Assembly (NCBI GenBank): GCA_041651395.1
Contig: JBAZJI010000001.1
Coordinates: 699,920 to 763,919 of the forward strand
Length of the DNA stretch: 64,000 bases
Direction of reading: 5' to 3'
Source of the DNA: Minisyncoccota bacterium
Lineage (GTDB): Bacteria; Patescibacteriota; Minisyncoccia; Minisyncoccales; JAGOPM01
In this document: piece by piece, positions 39,080-49,576 of the stretch
Layout: every line of letters starts with the position of its first letter
Numbering within the stretch: position 1 is the stretch's first letter
Made by a program: the position numbers and the translations under genes
The notes under the pieces: model-generated
Databases searched by the model: none
Seen by the model: the letters and a program-made list of their open reading frames with translations, nothing else
Told to the model about the DNA's origin: nothing

Positions 39080-41308
39080 TTAAATTTCTTCTATTTCATC
39101 TTTCTCCTTTTTTTCCGGGCCGGAGACAGCCGATTCCTGAGCAATTTCTTCACTAGTCAAAAGCACCTCGCGAGGCTTAGCCCCATCGCCCGGGCCAATT
39201 ACTCCGTTTTGCTCCAAAATATCAATCATCCGAGCGGCTCGGGCATAACCTAAACGCAGACGGCGCTGCAGAAAGCTCGTGGAGGCTTTACGGGTTTCCA
39301 GAACCACCCTCTTGGCCTCCTCATACATCGGGTCGTCGCCATTACCACCCATATCGAAATCATCACCGCCTTCTTTGGCTTTAGCTTGGTCTTCGATCAA
39401 CTTAAGGCCTTCCTCAAATTTTTGCGAAACCTCATCATGGCGGAAGTCTTCTTTAGCCGCCGTTTCATTTATGAAATTAACAACTGAACGCACTTCCTTT
39501 TCGTCCACCAAAGCTCCTTGCAAACGTTTAGGCTTAGGCGATTGCGAGCTTAAGAAAAGCATATCGCCAAAACCCAAAAGCTTCTCAGCTCCGGCCATAT
39601 CAATAATAGTGCGCGAGTCAGTCTGCGAAGCTACGCGAAAAGCGATACGCGCCGGCACATTGGCCTTAATTAAGCCAGTAACGACATCCACGGAAGGTCG
39701 CTGGGTGGCTAAAACCATATGGATACCAGAAGCGCGCGCCAGCTGCGCGATACGCACGATATAAGCTTCTAACTCCTTGCCACGAGTCTGCATCAAATCC
39801 GCTAACTCATCAACCGCAAAGACGATATAAGGCATGATTTCTTCGCCCTTTTTACGCATTATCTTATTATAACCCTGAATGTCGCGAGCCCCTTCCCGAC
39901 CGATTACATCAAAGCGGCGTTCCATTTCCGAAGTCAACCACTTGAGCGCATTAACGGTTTTTTGCGCGTCCACAATAACATTGGTTAAAAGGTGCGGCAA
40001 ATTCTTATAATTAGTAAATTCTACTCTTTTAGGATCAACCAAAATCAAACGCAAAGTATTGGGGCTGTTCAAATAAAGCAAGCTAACCAGTACTTGATTC
40101 ATGCAAATGGTTTTACCCGAATTAGTCGAGCCAGCCACTAGCATGTGGGGCATCTTCATCAAATCGGCAAAAATCGGATTACCCGAAACATCTTTACCCA
40201 AGGCCATCAAAAGATTGGAATTGGGATTCTGAAATTGCGGATCCTCAAGCAAGGCCCGCAAGCGCACGATAGATTTGGCCTTATTTGGCATTTCGATACC
40301 CACCAACGGGCGGCCCGGAATTGGAGCTTCGATACGCAATGGGTGCGCAGAAAGCGCCATGGAAAGGTTGGACGCCATATTGGCAATTTTCTTAATATCA
40401 ACACCCTCGGCTGGCTTGATAGCATACTGGGTAACTGAAGGGCCAACATTAACCTCAGAAACCTCCACGGAAATGTTAAAATTATCCAGAGTACGTTTGA
40501 TAATCAGCGAGTTAGCCTTAATATCCCCCGAATCGGCACCGCCCCGCTCCTCCTCCAAAAGGTCAAGCGTCGGAAATTTATAATCCTTCTCTTTAATGAT
40601 AGCGTTCTTTTTAAGCTCCATTAAAGGCTCTTCCTTGGGCTTTTCTTCCTTCCTTGGCCCATCCTTTTTGGCTATGGCTAAATTGGTTTTGGGCTGGTTG
40701 ATTTGGGGAACTTTTTCAACGTTAAACTTCGGTTGGAAAACTTTGGTGAAAACATTGCCCTCCTTGTCTTTTTTTCTATCGTTCTTCACCTCAAAGTTAG
40801 GTTTCTCCAAGCCCAGATATGGATACATTAGCCAAAAAGATATCGCGATGAGTGTAATATAAAAAAGCGCACTAATAATTTCTCCAACATATTTTTGCAG
40901 AACTAGTACAAAGGTAATGTAGCCCCACCAACCGCCCAGACCGCCTTGGGCAGACAAGGCGGATTTAGCCATAGCTAAAAATCCCGAAACGGCAGTGATT
41001 AATAAAAAAGACGACAAATAAATCTGCCATCTTTTTTCAAATTCTTCGATAAAAAGCGTATAGGCGACAAACCCGAAAATAACAGGCAAAATAAAAATTG
41101 TTTCTCCAATAAAAAACCGCAGGAGCGCCAAAGTGCCGGCCCCTAACGTTCCCCCTTTTCCAAATATGGAGATAAGGATAAAAAGCGTTAAAAAACCGAG
41201 AATTGTGCCTGCGATTTTTCTTTTATTATCGTCACTGATATTAACTTCTGGAAGCTCAAAATTTTCCTTTTGTTTTTTGGAAGGTTTATTACTCTTCTTT
41301 TTGGCCAT
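39080..41308 (-). CDS. ftsK: DNA translocase FtsK/SpoIIIE
   Basis: N-terminal TM helices, motor domain with Walker A GSTNSGKT, LILVDPK, and a winged-helix gamma domain at the C-terminus (STSFLQRRLRLGYARAARMID). Confidence 0.9.
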   Translation of the reverse strand: MAKKKSNKPSKKQKENFELPEVNISDDNKRKIAGTILGFLTLFILISIFGKGGTLGAGTLALLRFFIGETIFILPVIFGFVAYTLFIEEFEKRWQIYLSSFLLITAVSGFLAMAKSALSAQGGLGGWWGYITFVLVLQKYVGEIISALFYITLIAISFWLMYPYLGLEKPNFEVKNDRKKDKEGNVFTKVFQPKFNVEKVPQINQPKTNLAIAKKDGPRKEEKPKEEPLMELKKNAIIKEKDYKFPTLDLLEEERGGADSGDIKANSLIIKRTLDNFNISVEVSEVNVGPSVTQYAIKPAEGVDIKKIANMASNLSMALSAHPLRIEAPIPGRPLVGIEMPNKAKSIVRLRALLEDPQFQNPNSNLLMALGKDVSGNPIFADLMKMPHMLVAGSTNSGKTICMNQVLVSLLYLNSPNTLRLILVDPKRVEFTNYKNLPHLLTNVIVDAQKTVNALKWLTSEMERRFDVIGREGARDIQGYNKIMRKKGEEIMPYIVFAVDELADLMQTRGKELEAYIVRIAQLARASGIHMVLATQRPSVDVVTGLIKANVPARIAFRVASQTDSRTIIDMAGAEKLLGFGDMLFLSSQSPKPKRLQGALVDEKEVRSVVNFINETAAKEDFRHDEVSQKFEEGLKLIEDQAKAKEGGDDFDMGGNGDDPMYEEAKRVVLETRKASTSFLQRRLRLGYARAARMIDILEQNGVIGPGDGAKPREVLLTSEEIAQESAVSGPEKKEKDEIEEI

Positions 41309-41328
41309 ACAAGGCCAGCCTGGGCAGC

Positions 41329-44300
41329 TTATTCTTTACTGCTTTTCTTAAGATGAAACCCAGTACCAGCTGGTATTAGTTTACCAATAATGACGTTTTC
41401 CTTCAACCCTGTGAGTTTGTCATCTTTGCCCGCAATGGCGGCCTTAATGAGCACTCTGGAAGTCTGTTCAAAAGAGGCAGCAGACAAGAAACTTTCCGAA
41501 GTCAGCGAAACATTGGAGATACCCAAGAAAACATGATCGAAGGTAATTTCTTTCTTTCTTGCCGGCTTGCGCAAGGCGTTTTCGGCCAAAATTTCCTCAA
41601 TGGTTACAATTTCTCCGGCAATATAACGGCTGTCCTGCGGATCCTTGACGCGCACTCGGCTAAACATCTGTTTAACGATAGATTCAACATGCTTGTCGTG
41701 AATATTCACACCCTGTGAAGCATAAATGTATTGAATATCGCGGATAATGGCTCTGGCGGTTTCGTCCTTACCCAAAAGTTTGAAAAGCTCCTTGAAGTCT
41801 AAAGAACCCTCACAAAGCTGCATACCTTTTTTCACTTCCCCGCCCTTCTCGACAAAAATCACTCTTTGCGGTGGGATTTCGTATTCCACAAAATCACCTT
41901 TGCTATTTTCAATCTTAATTATCTTATTCAACGGAGAGGTTACAATTTCTTTGACTTTGCCATCCACATAGGAAACCACGGCTTTACCCTTCGGGATGCG
42001 GGCTTCCAAAATTTCCTCAACGCGGGGCAAACCTTGAGTAATATCCGAAACACCGGCCACGCCTCCGCTGTGAAAGGTCTTAAGCGTCAGCTGGGTTCCC
42101 GGCTCACCAATGGCTTGGGCCGCTACTACCCCAACCGCATCACCTAATTTGGCAGGTTGGTTATTACCCAATCCCCAGCCATAACATTTGGCGCAAACGC
42201 CAGAGATAGTTTGGCAGCTCATCGTAGTGCGCACCCGCACCTCGGCAATCTTAAGATCAGTAATCCTTCGAGCTGCGTCCCAATCAATTATCTCTCCCTT
42301 CTTAACCAAAACTTTTTTGGTTTCTGTATCTTCAATATTATCCAAAGTGTATCGACCCACAATCTTATAAGAGAAATTCTGGCCGATTTCGTCAGCATGC
42401 TTGCGGTACATAATCAAACCTTCCTTGTCGGCACAATCTTCTTCGGAGACAATCATGCCGTGAGCAACATCCACCAAGCGACGAGTAAGATAACCGGCGG
42501 CTGAAGTTCTCAAAGCCGTATCGGCCGTACCCTTGCGGGCGCCGTGAGTAGAGATAAAGTACTCCAAAATATTTAGACCCTCCTTGAACGAAGATTTAAC
42601 CGGCATTTCCATAGTCTGACCAGCCGGGTTAATCACCAAACCTTTCATACCTGCCATTTGCACCGGCTGGGCCCAAGAACCGCGGGAGCCGGATTTGACG
42701 ATATTGGTCACGTGCCCGTTGGAAGGAATGGAGGCGGGAATAAGTTTTTCCAAATCATTTTTGGCTTTTTGCCAAATTTCAATGACCTGGGCGCCTTTTT
42801 CCTCGGCGGACAAAAATCCCCTCTCATAGTAATCGACAATCTGGTCAACCTTTTTCTGGGCTTCAGCTAAAATTTCTTTCTTTTCTTTAGGGATAATCAA
42901 ATCGTCCATACCCCAAGTGGTTCCGGAAAGTGTGGCATATTCGAAACCGAGATTTTTTACCCTATCAATAGTATTGATGGCAATCTGATTTTCGTGACTG
43001 TTAATAATTCTGCCCAAAAGTTTAGAAATCTTATCTTTATCCATCGTATCATTGACGAAAGGATAGCCTTCGGGCAAAGCATTATTAAACAAAATCCGGC
43101 CCACCGTAGTTTCGATAAGCTGATTGGCAATACGCACTTTTACCTTGGCACGAATATCCACATAGCTATTATCCCAAGCCATGATGGCCTCATTTTTGGA
43201 ACAGAAAACCTTCCCTTCACCCTTAGCGCCTTCTCTAATGGAGGTTAACCAGAAGCAACCCAAAACCATTTCCAAGCGCAAAGTCATAATCGGGGTGCCA
43301 GTAGCCGGCTTGAGCAGGTTATTGCCCGAGAGCATCAGCTCGTGAGCCTCTTTTTGCGCCTGTTCGGAAAGCGGCAAGTGCACAGCCATTTGATCTCCAT
43401 CAAAATCGGCATTAAACGCCTCGCAAACTAGCGGGTGAATACGGATGACCTTATCCTCAATAAGCGTAGGATAAAAACCTTGAATAGAAAGCCGATGCAA
43501 AGTCGGAGCGCGGTTAAGTAAAACAACTTTATCTTTAACCACTTCTTCCAAAGCGGCCCAGACTTCTTCAATTTGCTGTTCGATTAAACGGGTGGCTCCC
43601 CTAATGTTGAAAGCTAAACCCTGCTGTAAAAGTTTGGAAATTACAAAAGGCTTAAAAAGCTCCAAAGCCATTTCTTTCGGCAAAGCACAATGGTTGATGT
43701 TGAGATCCGGACCAGCAGCAATAACGGAGCGGGCCGAATAATCTACACGTTTACCTAACAAATTCTGGCGGAAACGGCCCTTCTTACCTTTAAGCATGTC
43801 GGAAAGCGATTTGAGCAACCTCTTGCCTCCCGTAGTGGCCGTTGTGGTCTGGCCTTTGCGCATGCCATTATCAATCAAAGCATCGACCGCTTCTTGCAAC
43901 ATACGCTTTTCGTTGCGCACGATAACTTCGGGCGCATCGATTTCCAGCAAATATTGCAAACGATTATTACGATTGATGACCCGGCGATACAAATCATTTA
44001 AGTCTGAAGAGGCATAGCGTTCCCCATCAAGCTGAACCATCGGGCGCAAGTTAGGCGGCAGAACCGGCAAAACAGTCATAAACATCCACTCAGGCCTTAA
44101 GTTATTGGCAAAAAGACCCTTAAAAAGCCTTAACCTTAAAAGGAGCTTCTTTTTATCCGGACCCTCGGCATCAGCGAGCTCTTCCTCGATCTGATGCATG
44201 GTTTCCTTGATGTCGATTTTTTCAAAAAGTTTGCGCACAGTTTCCGCGCCGGTGCCGGCTTCAAAAACCTCGCCAAACTTCATACCAAGCAAAGTATATT

Positions 44301-44937
44301 CCTTTTCAGAAAGCACGCGCAAAGCCTTAATGGAATTCACTTCCTGCTTGGCTTTATCGCGGGCATCTTTAAGCTCGCCGGTAATTTTAGTGTATTCAAT
44401 ATCGGCCAGTTCCTGATCCTTGCCTTCTTTTTCGCTCTGCTTTTTGAGATTTTTTATCTCCTTAAGCTTGGCCTGATATTCTTCCTCAATTTCTTTAAGT
44501 ATTCTGTCGCGCTCCCCTTCATGCACTTCGGTGATAATATAGCCGGCAAAATAAATAACCTTTTCTAACTGCTGTTCAGAAATATCTAAAGTCAAACCGA
44601 TAAGCGAGGGGGTGGAGCGTAAAAACCAAATATGGGAAACCGGAGCGGCTAAAGAAATGTAACCCATTCTTTCGCGGCGCACCGAAGCTGAGGTAATCTC
44701 TACCCCGCAGCGGTCGCAAACCTGTCCCTTGTAACGGATACCGCGGTATTTGCCGCAAGCACACCGATAATCCTTAACCGGACCGAAAATCTTTTCACAG
44801 AACAGGCCATCCTTTTCCGGACGCTGTGTTCTGTAATTGATGGTTTCGGGCTTTTTTACTTCGCCGCTTGACCAAGCCATGATATCCTTAGGGCTGGCCA
44901 ATTTTATTGCGAATGAGTTTATGTCTTCTACAAACAT
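41329..44937 (-). CDS. rpoC: DNA-directed RNA polymerase subunit beta'
   Basis: Zn-binding CACGKYRGIRYKGQVCDRCG, catalytic NADFDGD, and trigger-loop/bridge-helix regions. 1202 aa. Confidence 0.97.
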   Translation of the reverse strand: MFVEDINSFAIKLASPKDIMAWSSGEVKKPETINYRTQRPEKDGLFCEKIFGPVKDYRCACGKYRGIRYKGQVCDRCGVEITSASVRRERMGYISLAAPVSHIWFLRSTPSLIGLTLDISEQQLEKVIYFAGYIITEVHEGERDRILKEIEEEYQAKLKEIKNLKKQSEKEGKDQELADIEYTKITGELKDARDKAKQEVNSIKALRVLSEKEYTLLGMKFGEVFEAGTGAETVRKLFEKIDIKETMHQIEEELADAEGPDKKKLLLRLRLFKGLFANNLRPEWMFMTVLPVLPPNLRPMVQLDGERYASSDLNDLYRRVINRNNRLQYLLEIDAPEVIVRNEKRMLQEAVDALIDNGMRKGQTTTATTGGKRLLKSLSDMLKGKKGRFRQNLLGKRVDYSARSVIAAGPDLNINHCALPKEMALELFKPFVISKLLQQGLAFNIRGATRLIEQQIEEVWAALEEVVKDKVVLLNRAPTLHRLSIQGFYPTLIEDKVIRIHPLVCEAFNADFDGDQMAVHLPLSEQAQKEAHELMLSGNNLLKPATGTPIMTLRLEMVLGCFWLTSIREGAKGEGKVFCSKNEAIMAWDNSYVDIRAKVKVRIANQLIETTVGRILFNNALPEGYPFVNDTMDKDKISKLLGRIINSHENQIAINTIDRVKNLGFEYATLSGTTWGMDDLIIPKEKKEILAEAQKKVDQIVDYYERGFLSAEEKGAQVIEIWQKAKNDLEKLIPASIPSNGHVTNIVKSGSRGSWAQPVQMAGMKGLVINPAGQTMEMPVKSSFKEGLNILEYFISTHGARKGTADTALRTSAAGYLTRRLVDVAHGMIVSEEDCADKEGLIMYRKHADEIGQNFSYKIVGRYTLDNIEDTETKKVLVKKGEIIDWDAARRITDLKIAEVRVRTTMSCQTISGVCAKCYGWGLGNNQPAKLGDAVGVVAAQAIGEPGTQLTLKTFHSGGVAGVSDITQGLPRVEEILEARIPKGKAVVSYVDGKVKEIVTSPLNKIIKIENSKGDFVEYEIPPQRVIFVEKGGEVKKGMQLCEGSLDFKELFKLLGKDETARAIIRDIQYIYASQGVNIHDKHVESIVKQMFSRVRVKDPQDSRYIAGEIVTIEEILAENALRKPARKKEITFDHVFLGISNVSLTSESFLSAASFEQTSRVLIKAAIAGKDDKLTGLKENVIIGKLIPAGTGFHLKKSSKE

Positions 44938-44949
44938 GGTTTTTACGGA

Positions 44950-47900
44950 TTATTCTTTTTCGCTTTCCTCTTCAGATTCCTCCTCTTCCTCACCGTCTTC
45001 TTCGTCGAGCTCCTCCACGCTTTGTTTACTTTCTTCCTTCGAATCATCGACGAGTTTTTCGGTAAAGGTGGAAGTTTCGACTGCAACCTCCTCATCTTCT
45101 AAAATCTTTCCTTTGATTTCGACATTAAGAGCCAAAGATTTAAGTTCAGCTACGAGCAAGTTAAACGAAGCCGGGATATTAGGTGATTTAATTTCTTCAC
45201 CCTTCAATATCGAATTATAAGCCGCGCCCCTGCCCTGCACATCATCAGACTTAATAGTGAGCATTTCCTGCAAAGTATAAGCTGCGCCATAACCTTCCAA
45301 GGCCCACACTTCCATTTCTCCGAACCTCTGGCCTCCAAATTGCGCTTTTCCGCCCAAAGGTTGTTGGGTAATCAAAGAATAAGTTCCAATAGAGCGCATG
45401 TGCAACTTGTCTTCCACCATGTGGTTAAGTTTCAGCACATACATGACGCCAACCATTATTTTTTCCGGGAATTTTTCACCGGTGCGTCCATCATAAAGGG
45501 TCATTTTGCCATCCTCAGGCAAGCCAGCTTTCTTAAGCTCTTCCTTGACATCAGCTTCAGTGGCTCCGGCCAAGCAGGGAGTCAAAGCAATATAACCATT
45601 AGTCTTGGCCGCGATACCCAAATGGGTTTCCAAAATCTGGCCCAAATTCATACGAGAAATAATAGAGAGCGGGTTCATCACAATATCCACGGGCGTACCA
45701 TCTTCCAAATAAGGCATTTCCTCCACGGGCAAAACTTTGGAGATAACACCTTTATTTCCATGTCTTCCGGCTAATTTGTCGCCGGCTGTAATGCGGCGTA
45801 ATTGAGCCACTTCAATTTTTACTCTTTTGATAACTCCGGGCTCCAATTTATATCCTTTTTCCCGTTCAAAAACTTTTACATCCACCACGCGTCCCCGGCG
45901 GCCATGCTCCATCAAAAGCGAAGTATCTTTCACGTCACGGGCCTTTTCTCCGAAAATGGCTTGCACGAGTTCTTCTTCCGGGGTCAAATCGCGCTCGCCT
46001 TTAGGGGAAATTTTACCGACTAAAATATCGTTAGGGCCCACTTCGGCACCGATGCGGATAATACCGTCGGAATCCAAATCTTTGAGTTTTTCCTCTCCGA
46101 CATTTGGGATATCGGCCGTAGTAATTTCCGGGCCAAGTTTAGTATCGCGGACATCGCAGGTAAAACTTTCCAAATAAATTGAAGAAAAATAATCCTGTTG
46201 GACAAGTTTTTCAGAAATCGGCAGAGCGTCTTCATAGTTCCAGCCCCTCCAAGGCACAAAAGCCACTACCAAGTTCCGGCCCAAAGCCAAACGGCCCTGC
46301 TTGGTTGCGCCACCATCGGCAATAACATCCCCACCCTTCACCTTCTGGCCACGGTTAACAATGGGCTTCTGGTGAAAGCAAGTATATTGGTTGGTGCGCA
46401 CAAAAGTCCGCAAATAATAAGTTTTGGACTTAAATGATTTATCTTCCGGCTTGAGCTTGATATGGTTAGCATCCACTTCTTCGATGGTGCCGTCAAAATC
46501 AGCTACACAGACCTGTCCGGAATCTTTGGCAATTTTTTCTTCCAAACCAGTAGAGCACAACGGAATTTCCGGCTTAACCAAGGGAATGGCTTGGCGTTGC
46601 ATGTTAGAGCCCATGCTCGCACGCTTAGCGTCATCGTTTTGCAAAAATGGGATACAAGCCGCGGCTACGGAAATTAACTGATTAGAGGAAACATCGCACA
46701 TCGTAATATCCTTGCGGGCAATCATTTCCGGATGGCCCTTAGTGCGAGCCTCGATTTCCTTGCTCGCGATCACATTATTATCATCAAGCTCCACATCGGC
46801 CGGAGCAATGCAATTGCGCTCCTCAGTATATGCGTCAACATATTCAATCTTTCTAGTGACTTTGCCATCTTCTACCTTAAAATAAGGCGTTTCGATAAAA
46901 CCGTATTTGTTCACGCGGCCGTAGCAAGCCAAGTGGCCAATAAGACCAACGTTAGGACCGTCTGGGGTTTGAATCGGGCAAACGCGGCCATAGTGAGAAG
47001 GCTGCACGTCGCGCACTTCAAAGCCTGCGCGCTTACGAACCAAGCCGCCCGGGCCAGTAGAGATAACTTCACGTTTATGTTCAAGCTCAGCCAAAGGATT
47101 GGTCTGGTCCATAAACTGCGCCAACTGCGAGCTGGAAAAAAAGTTACGGATAACAGCCATGATCGGGCGCTGATTAATGAACTGGGCAGGCATGACATTT
47201 TCATCCTCGGCCGTAGACATCAAATCTTTGATATTGCGCTCTAAGCGAATCATGCCTGTGCGCAAAGAATTAACCAAAAGCTCGGTGAAAGTGCGCACCC
47301 GCCTATTACCCAAATGGTCGATTTGGTCCGGCTCAGCCATCGGATCGTTATTAAGCTTGATAATCTCGCGAATGACAGCCACCACATCTTCTTTATGCAA
47401 AACCCTGTCTTGAGGGGTTATCTCCTCGTGTTTTTTACCTTTACCTTGGAGCTCGGGAAGTTTCTGGTTAGTTTTCCAACGGCCCACAGTTGAGAGGTCG
47501 TAACGATTAAAATTAAAAAATACATTATTCAAAAATTCGATAGCCGCATCGGGTTTGGTCATATCGCCCGGGCGCAATCTGGTATAAACTTCCATGGCCG
47601 CTTCTGACTGGCTGTGGCTGGGATCTTTGGCTAAAGTTTTTTCGATAAAGCGACATTCGTCATTCTTGTCGACATCCTTAAAAAGATCCAAAATAGTCTT
47701 GTTATCCTCATAGCCCAACCATCTCAAAAGCGCAGTGGCGGCAATCCGGCGCTTGCGGTCAACTTTAGCGGTAATTACTCCATTAGCATCAGTATCAAAT
47801 TCCAACCAAGCTCCTCTATTGGGAATTATTTTAGCCGAAAAAAGTTTTTTACCATCCGCGACCCTCATGGTGAAAAAGGCTCCCGGGCTGCGCAAAAGCT

Positions 47901-48291
47901 GAGAAACAACTACGCGCTCAACCCCGTTAATAACAAAAGTCCCGCGCTCAGTCATGAGGGGGAAATTAGCCAAGAAAACTTCTTGGCTCTTCTCGTCTTT
48001 GGTCTTTAAGTTAACCAATTTTACTTTTACCTTGAGTGGCGCTTCAAAAGAATCGTCATTAGCCTTGGCCTCCACATCATTTTTATAATTGGGCTCGCCA
48101 AGTTTGAAATCTTGGAACCAGAGCTCAAATTCTTTACCAGTGTAGTCCCTGATGGGAGACACTTCCTTAAAAAGAGACATCAAGTCCTCTTCCCAGAATT
48201 TTTCCCAATTCTCCTTCTGCATCTGCAAAAGGTAAGGAAGCTGGTAATCCACTTTGGACTTGCCAAATGTCTTAAACTTTAGTTTCTCCAT
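44950..48291 (-). CDS. rpoB: DNA-directed RNA polymerase subunit beta (with acidic C-terminal tail)
   Basis: Rif-region FFSSSQLAQFMDQTNPLAELEHKR, GRHGNKGVISKV and PLGGKAQFGGQRFGEMEVWALE. The tail is EELDEEDGEEEEESEEESEKE. Confidence 0.97.
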   Translation of the reverse strand: MEKLKFKTFGKSKVDYQLPYLLQMQKENWEKFWEEDLMSLFKEVSPIRDYTGKEFELWFQDFKLGEPNYKNDVEAKANDDSFEAPLKVKVKLVNLKTKDEKSQEVFLANFPLMTERGTFVINGVERVVVSQLLRSPGAFFTMRVADGKKLFSAKIIPNRGAWLEFDTDANGVITAKVDRKRRIAATALLRWLGYEDNKTILDLFKDVDKNDECRFIEKTLAKDPSHSQSEAAMEVYTRLRPGDMTKPDAAIEFLNNVFFNFNRYDLSTVGRWKTNQKLPELQGKGKKHEEITPQDRVLHKEDVVAVIREIIKLNNDPMAEPDQIDHLGNRRVRTFTELLVNSLRTGMIRLERNIKDLMSTAEDENVMPAQFINQRPIMAVIRNFFSSSQLAQFMDQTNPLAELEHKREVISTGPGGLVRKRAGFEVRDVQPSHYGRVCPIQTPDGPNVGLIGHLACYGRVNKYGFIETPYFKVEDGKVTRKIEYVDAYTEERNCIAPADVELDDNNVIASKEIEARTKGHPEMIARKDITMCDVSSNQLISVAAACIPFLQNDDAKRASMGSNMQRQAIPLVKPEIPLCSTGLEEKIAKDSGQVCVADFDGTIEEVDANHIKLKPEDKSFKSKTYYLRTFVRTNQYTCFHQKPIVNRGQKVKGGDVIADGGATKQGRLALGRNLVVAFVPWRGWNYEDALPISEKLVQQDYFSSIYLESFTCDVRDTKLGPEITTADIPNVGEEKLKDLDSDGIIRIGAEVGPNDILVGKISPKGERDLTPEEELVQAIFGEKARDVKDTSLLMEHGRRGRVVDVKVFEREKGYKLEPGVIKRVKIEVAQLRRITAGDKLAGRHGNKGVISKVLPVEEMPYLEDGTPVDIVMNPLSIISRMNLGQILETHLGIAAKTNGYIALTPCLAGATEADVKEELKKAGLPEDGKMTLYDGRTGEKFPEKIMVGVMYVLKLNHMVEDKLHMRSIGTYSLITQQPLGGKAQFGGQRFGEMEVWALEGYGAAYTLQEMLTIKSDDVQGRGAAYNSILKGEEIKSPNIPASFNLLVAELKSLALNVEIKGKILEDEEVAVETSTFTEKLVDDSKEESKQSVEELDEEDGEEEEESEEESEKE

Positions 48292-48469
48292 AAAAAATTA
48301 TTGAGTATTAAAAACACAAAAAATCACCTTTGGACAGGGCGATATTCTTTTGAATTGTTGTGTTATGGTTTTTTATTTGCCACAAAAAAATAAACCAACT
48401 TTAAGGGCCTGGTACGCCCCTTAATTAACTTATTAAAGTTTAGCTTCTTGAATCAAATATGTCAAGGGG

Positions 48470-49576
48470 TTAATGGACTATGGAACTTACCTTCATAGAC
48501 TGCAAAATCCCTAAAGCCAAAAACATAAAAATTAAGTTACCTCCCCCGTAGCTCACTAAGGGTAGCGGAATGCCGACAATAGGAAACAAACGTAAATTCA
48601 TGGCCAGATTAATGACGGCTTGGGCAAAAAATGAGATACCCAACCCGGCGGCAAAAAACCGCGAAAAATTATCAGGAGCATAAAAAGCCAAGCGTATTAC
48701 CCGCCACAAAAAAAACATCAAAGTCGCAAAAAGGGCTAAAACTCCGACTAAACCCATTTCCTCGGCAATGACACAAAAAACAAAATCCGTATGCGGTTCA
48801 GGCAAAAAACCCAGCTGCACCTGAGAACCTTTAGCAATGCCCTTGCCCCAAAGCCCGCCCGAGCCAATAGCAATGAGCATCTGCTGCTGGTTCCAGCCGC
48901 TGCCCAAATAATCAGTTTGAGCATCGGAAAAGCTGACTATCCGCTGCCTTTGATAATCTTTAAGCAAAAACTGCCACGAGCCAAAAGCAATAACCAAACC
49001 GATGAGGAATAATAAAAATAAATGTCTCATCCGGATACCCGAGACCAAAAGAATGCCAACCCACAAAGAAACGATCACTAAAATCGAACCAATATCGGGC
49101 TGCATAAAAATAAGCACACAAGGAACAGCCGTATAAAGGCCCGAAACAACCACGTGGGCAAAATTATACATTTCCGCATGCCGGCTAGAAAAATATTTGG
49201 CCAAAATAACTATTAAAACAACTTTTAACAATTCGATAGGATTAAAATAAAAAAAACCCAAATCATACCAACCTTGGATGCCCCGATGCCCTTTGACCAA
49301 AAATAATCCCCCTAAAAGCCCTAAACAAATAAAATAAAGTATTACTGCAATATAAGAGCGGTTCTTCAATACCCGCCAATCGAAGTAAGATAGCAAAAAC
49401 ATCATTACAAAGCCAACGGCGACAAAAATCGCCTGCTTGTAAAAAAGCGACATATTATCCTTGGCCATACCGACGCTATAAATGGCCGTTAAACCAAAAC
49501 AGCATAAGAGCAGAGCCGATAAAGCCAGTGGCCAATCCCATTGGCGCACGTGCGCTGATAAACTTTTACTGATCAT
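48470..49576 (-). CDS. SEDS-family peptidoglycan glycosyltransferase (FtsW/RodA)
   Basis: About 10 TM. LPEPHTDFVFCVIAEEMG and PLPLVSYGG are SEDS signatures. Confidence 0.85.
   Translation of the reverse strand: MISKSLSAHVRQWDWPLALSALLLCCFGLTAIYSVGMAKDNMSLFYKQAIFVAVGFVMMFLLSYFDWRVLKNRSYIAVILYFICLGLLGGLFLVKGHRGIQGWYDLGFFYFNPIELLKVVLIVILAKYFSSRHAEMYNFAHVVVSGLYTAVPCVLIFMQPDIGSILVIVSLWVGILLVSGIRMRHLFLLFLIGLVIAFGSWQFLLKDYQRQRIVSFSDAQTDYLGSGWNQQQMLIAIGSGGLWGKGIAKGSQVQLGFLPEPHTDFVFCVIAEEMGLVGVLALFATLMFFLWRVIRLAFYAPDNFSRFFAAGLGISFFAQAVINLAMNLRLFPIVGIPLPLVSYGGGNLIFMFLALGILQSMKVSSIVH

Noticed and set aside
41329-48291. Inteins or large lineage-specific insertions in rpoB or rpoC.
   Set aside because: The lengths (1113 and 1202 aa) and the continuous conserved blocks leave no room for an intein. 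Only the short acidic tail of RpoB is unusual.
48292-48469. A hairpin (TTAAGGG...CCCTTAA) in the rpoB upstream spacer as an attenuator or riboswitch.
   Set aside because: The stem is only 7 bp with a 10-nt loop, and the T-run starts about 10 nt away. This is not enough to call a terminator or regulatory RNA without conservation data.
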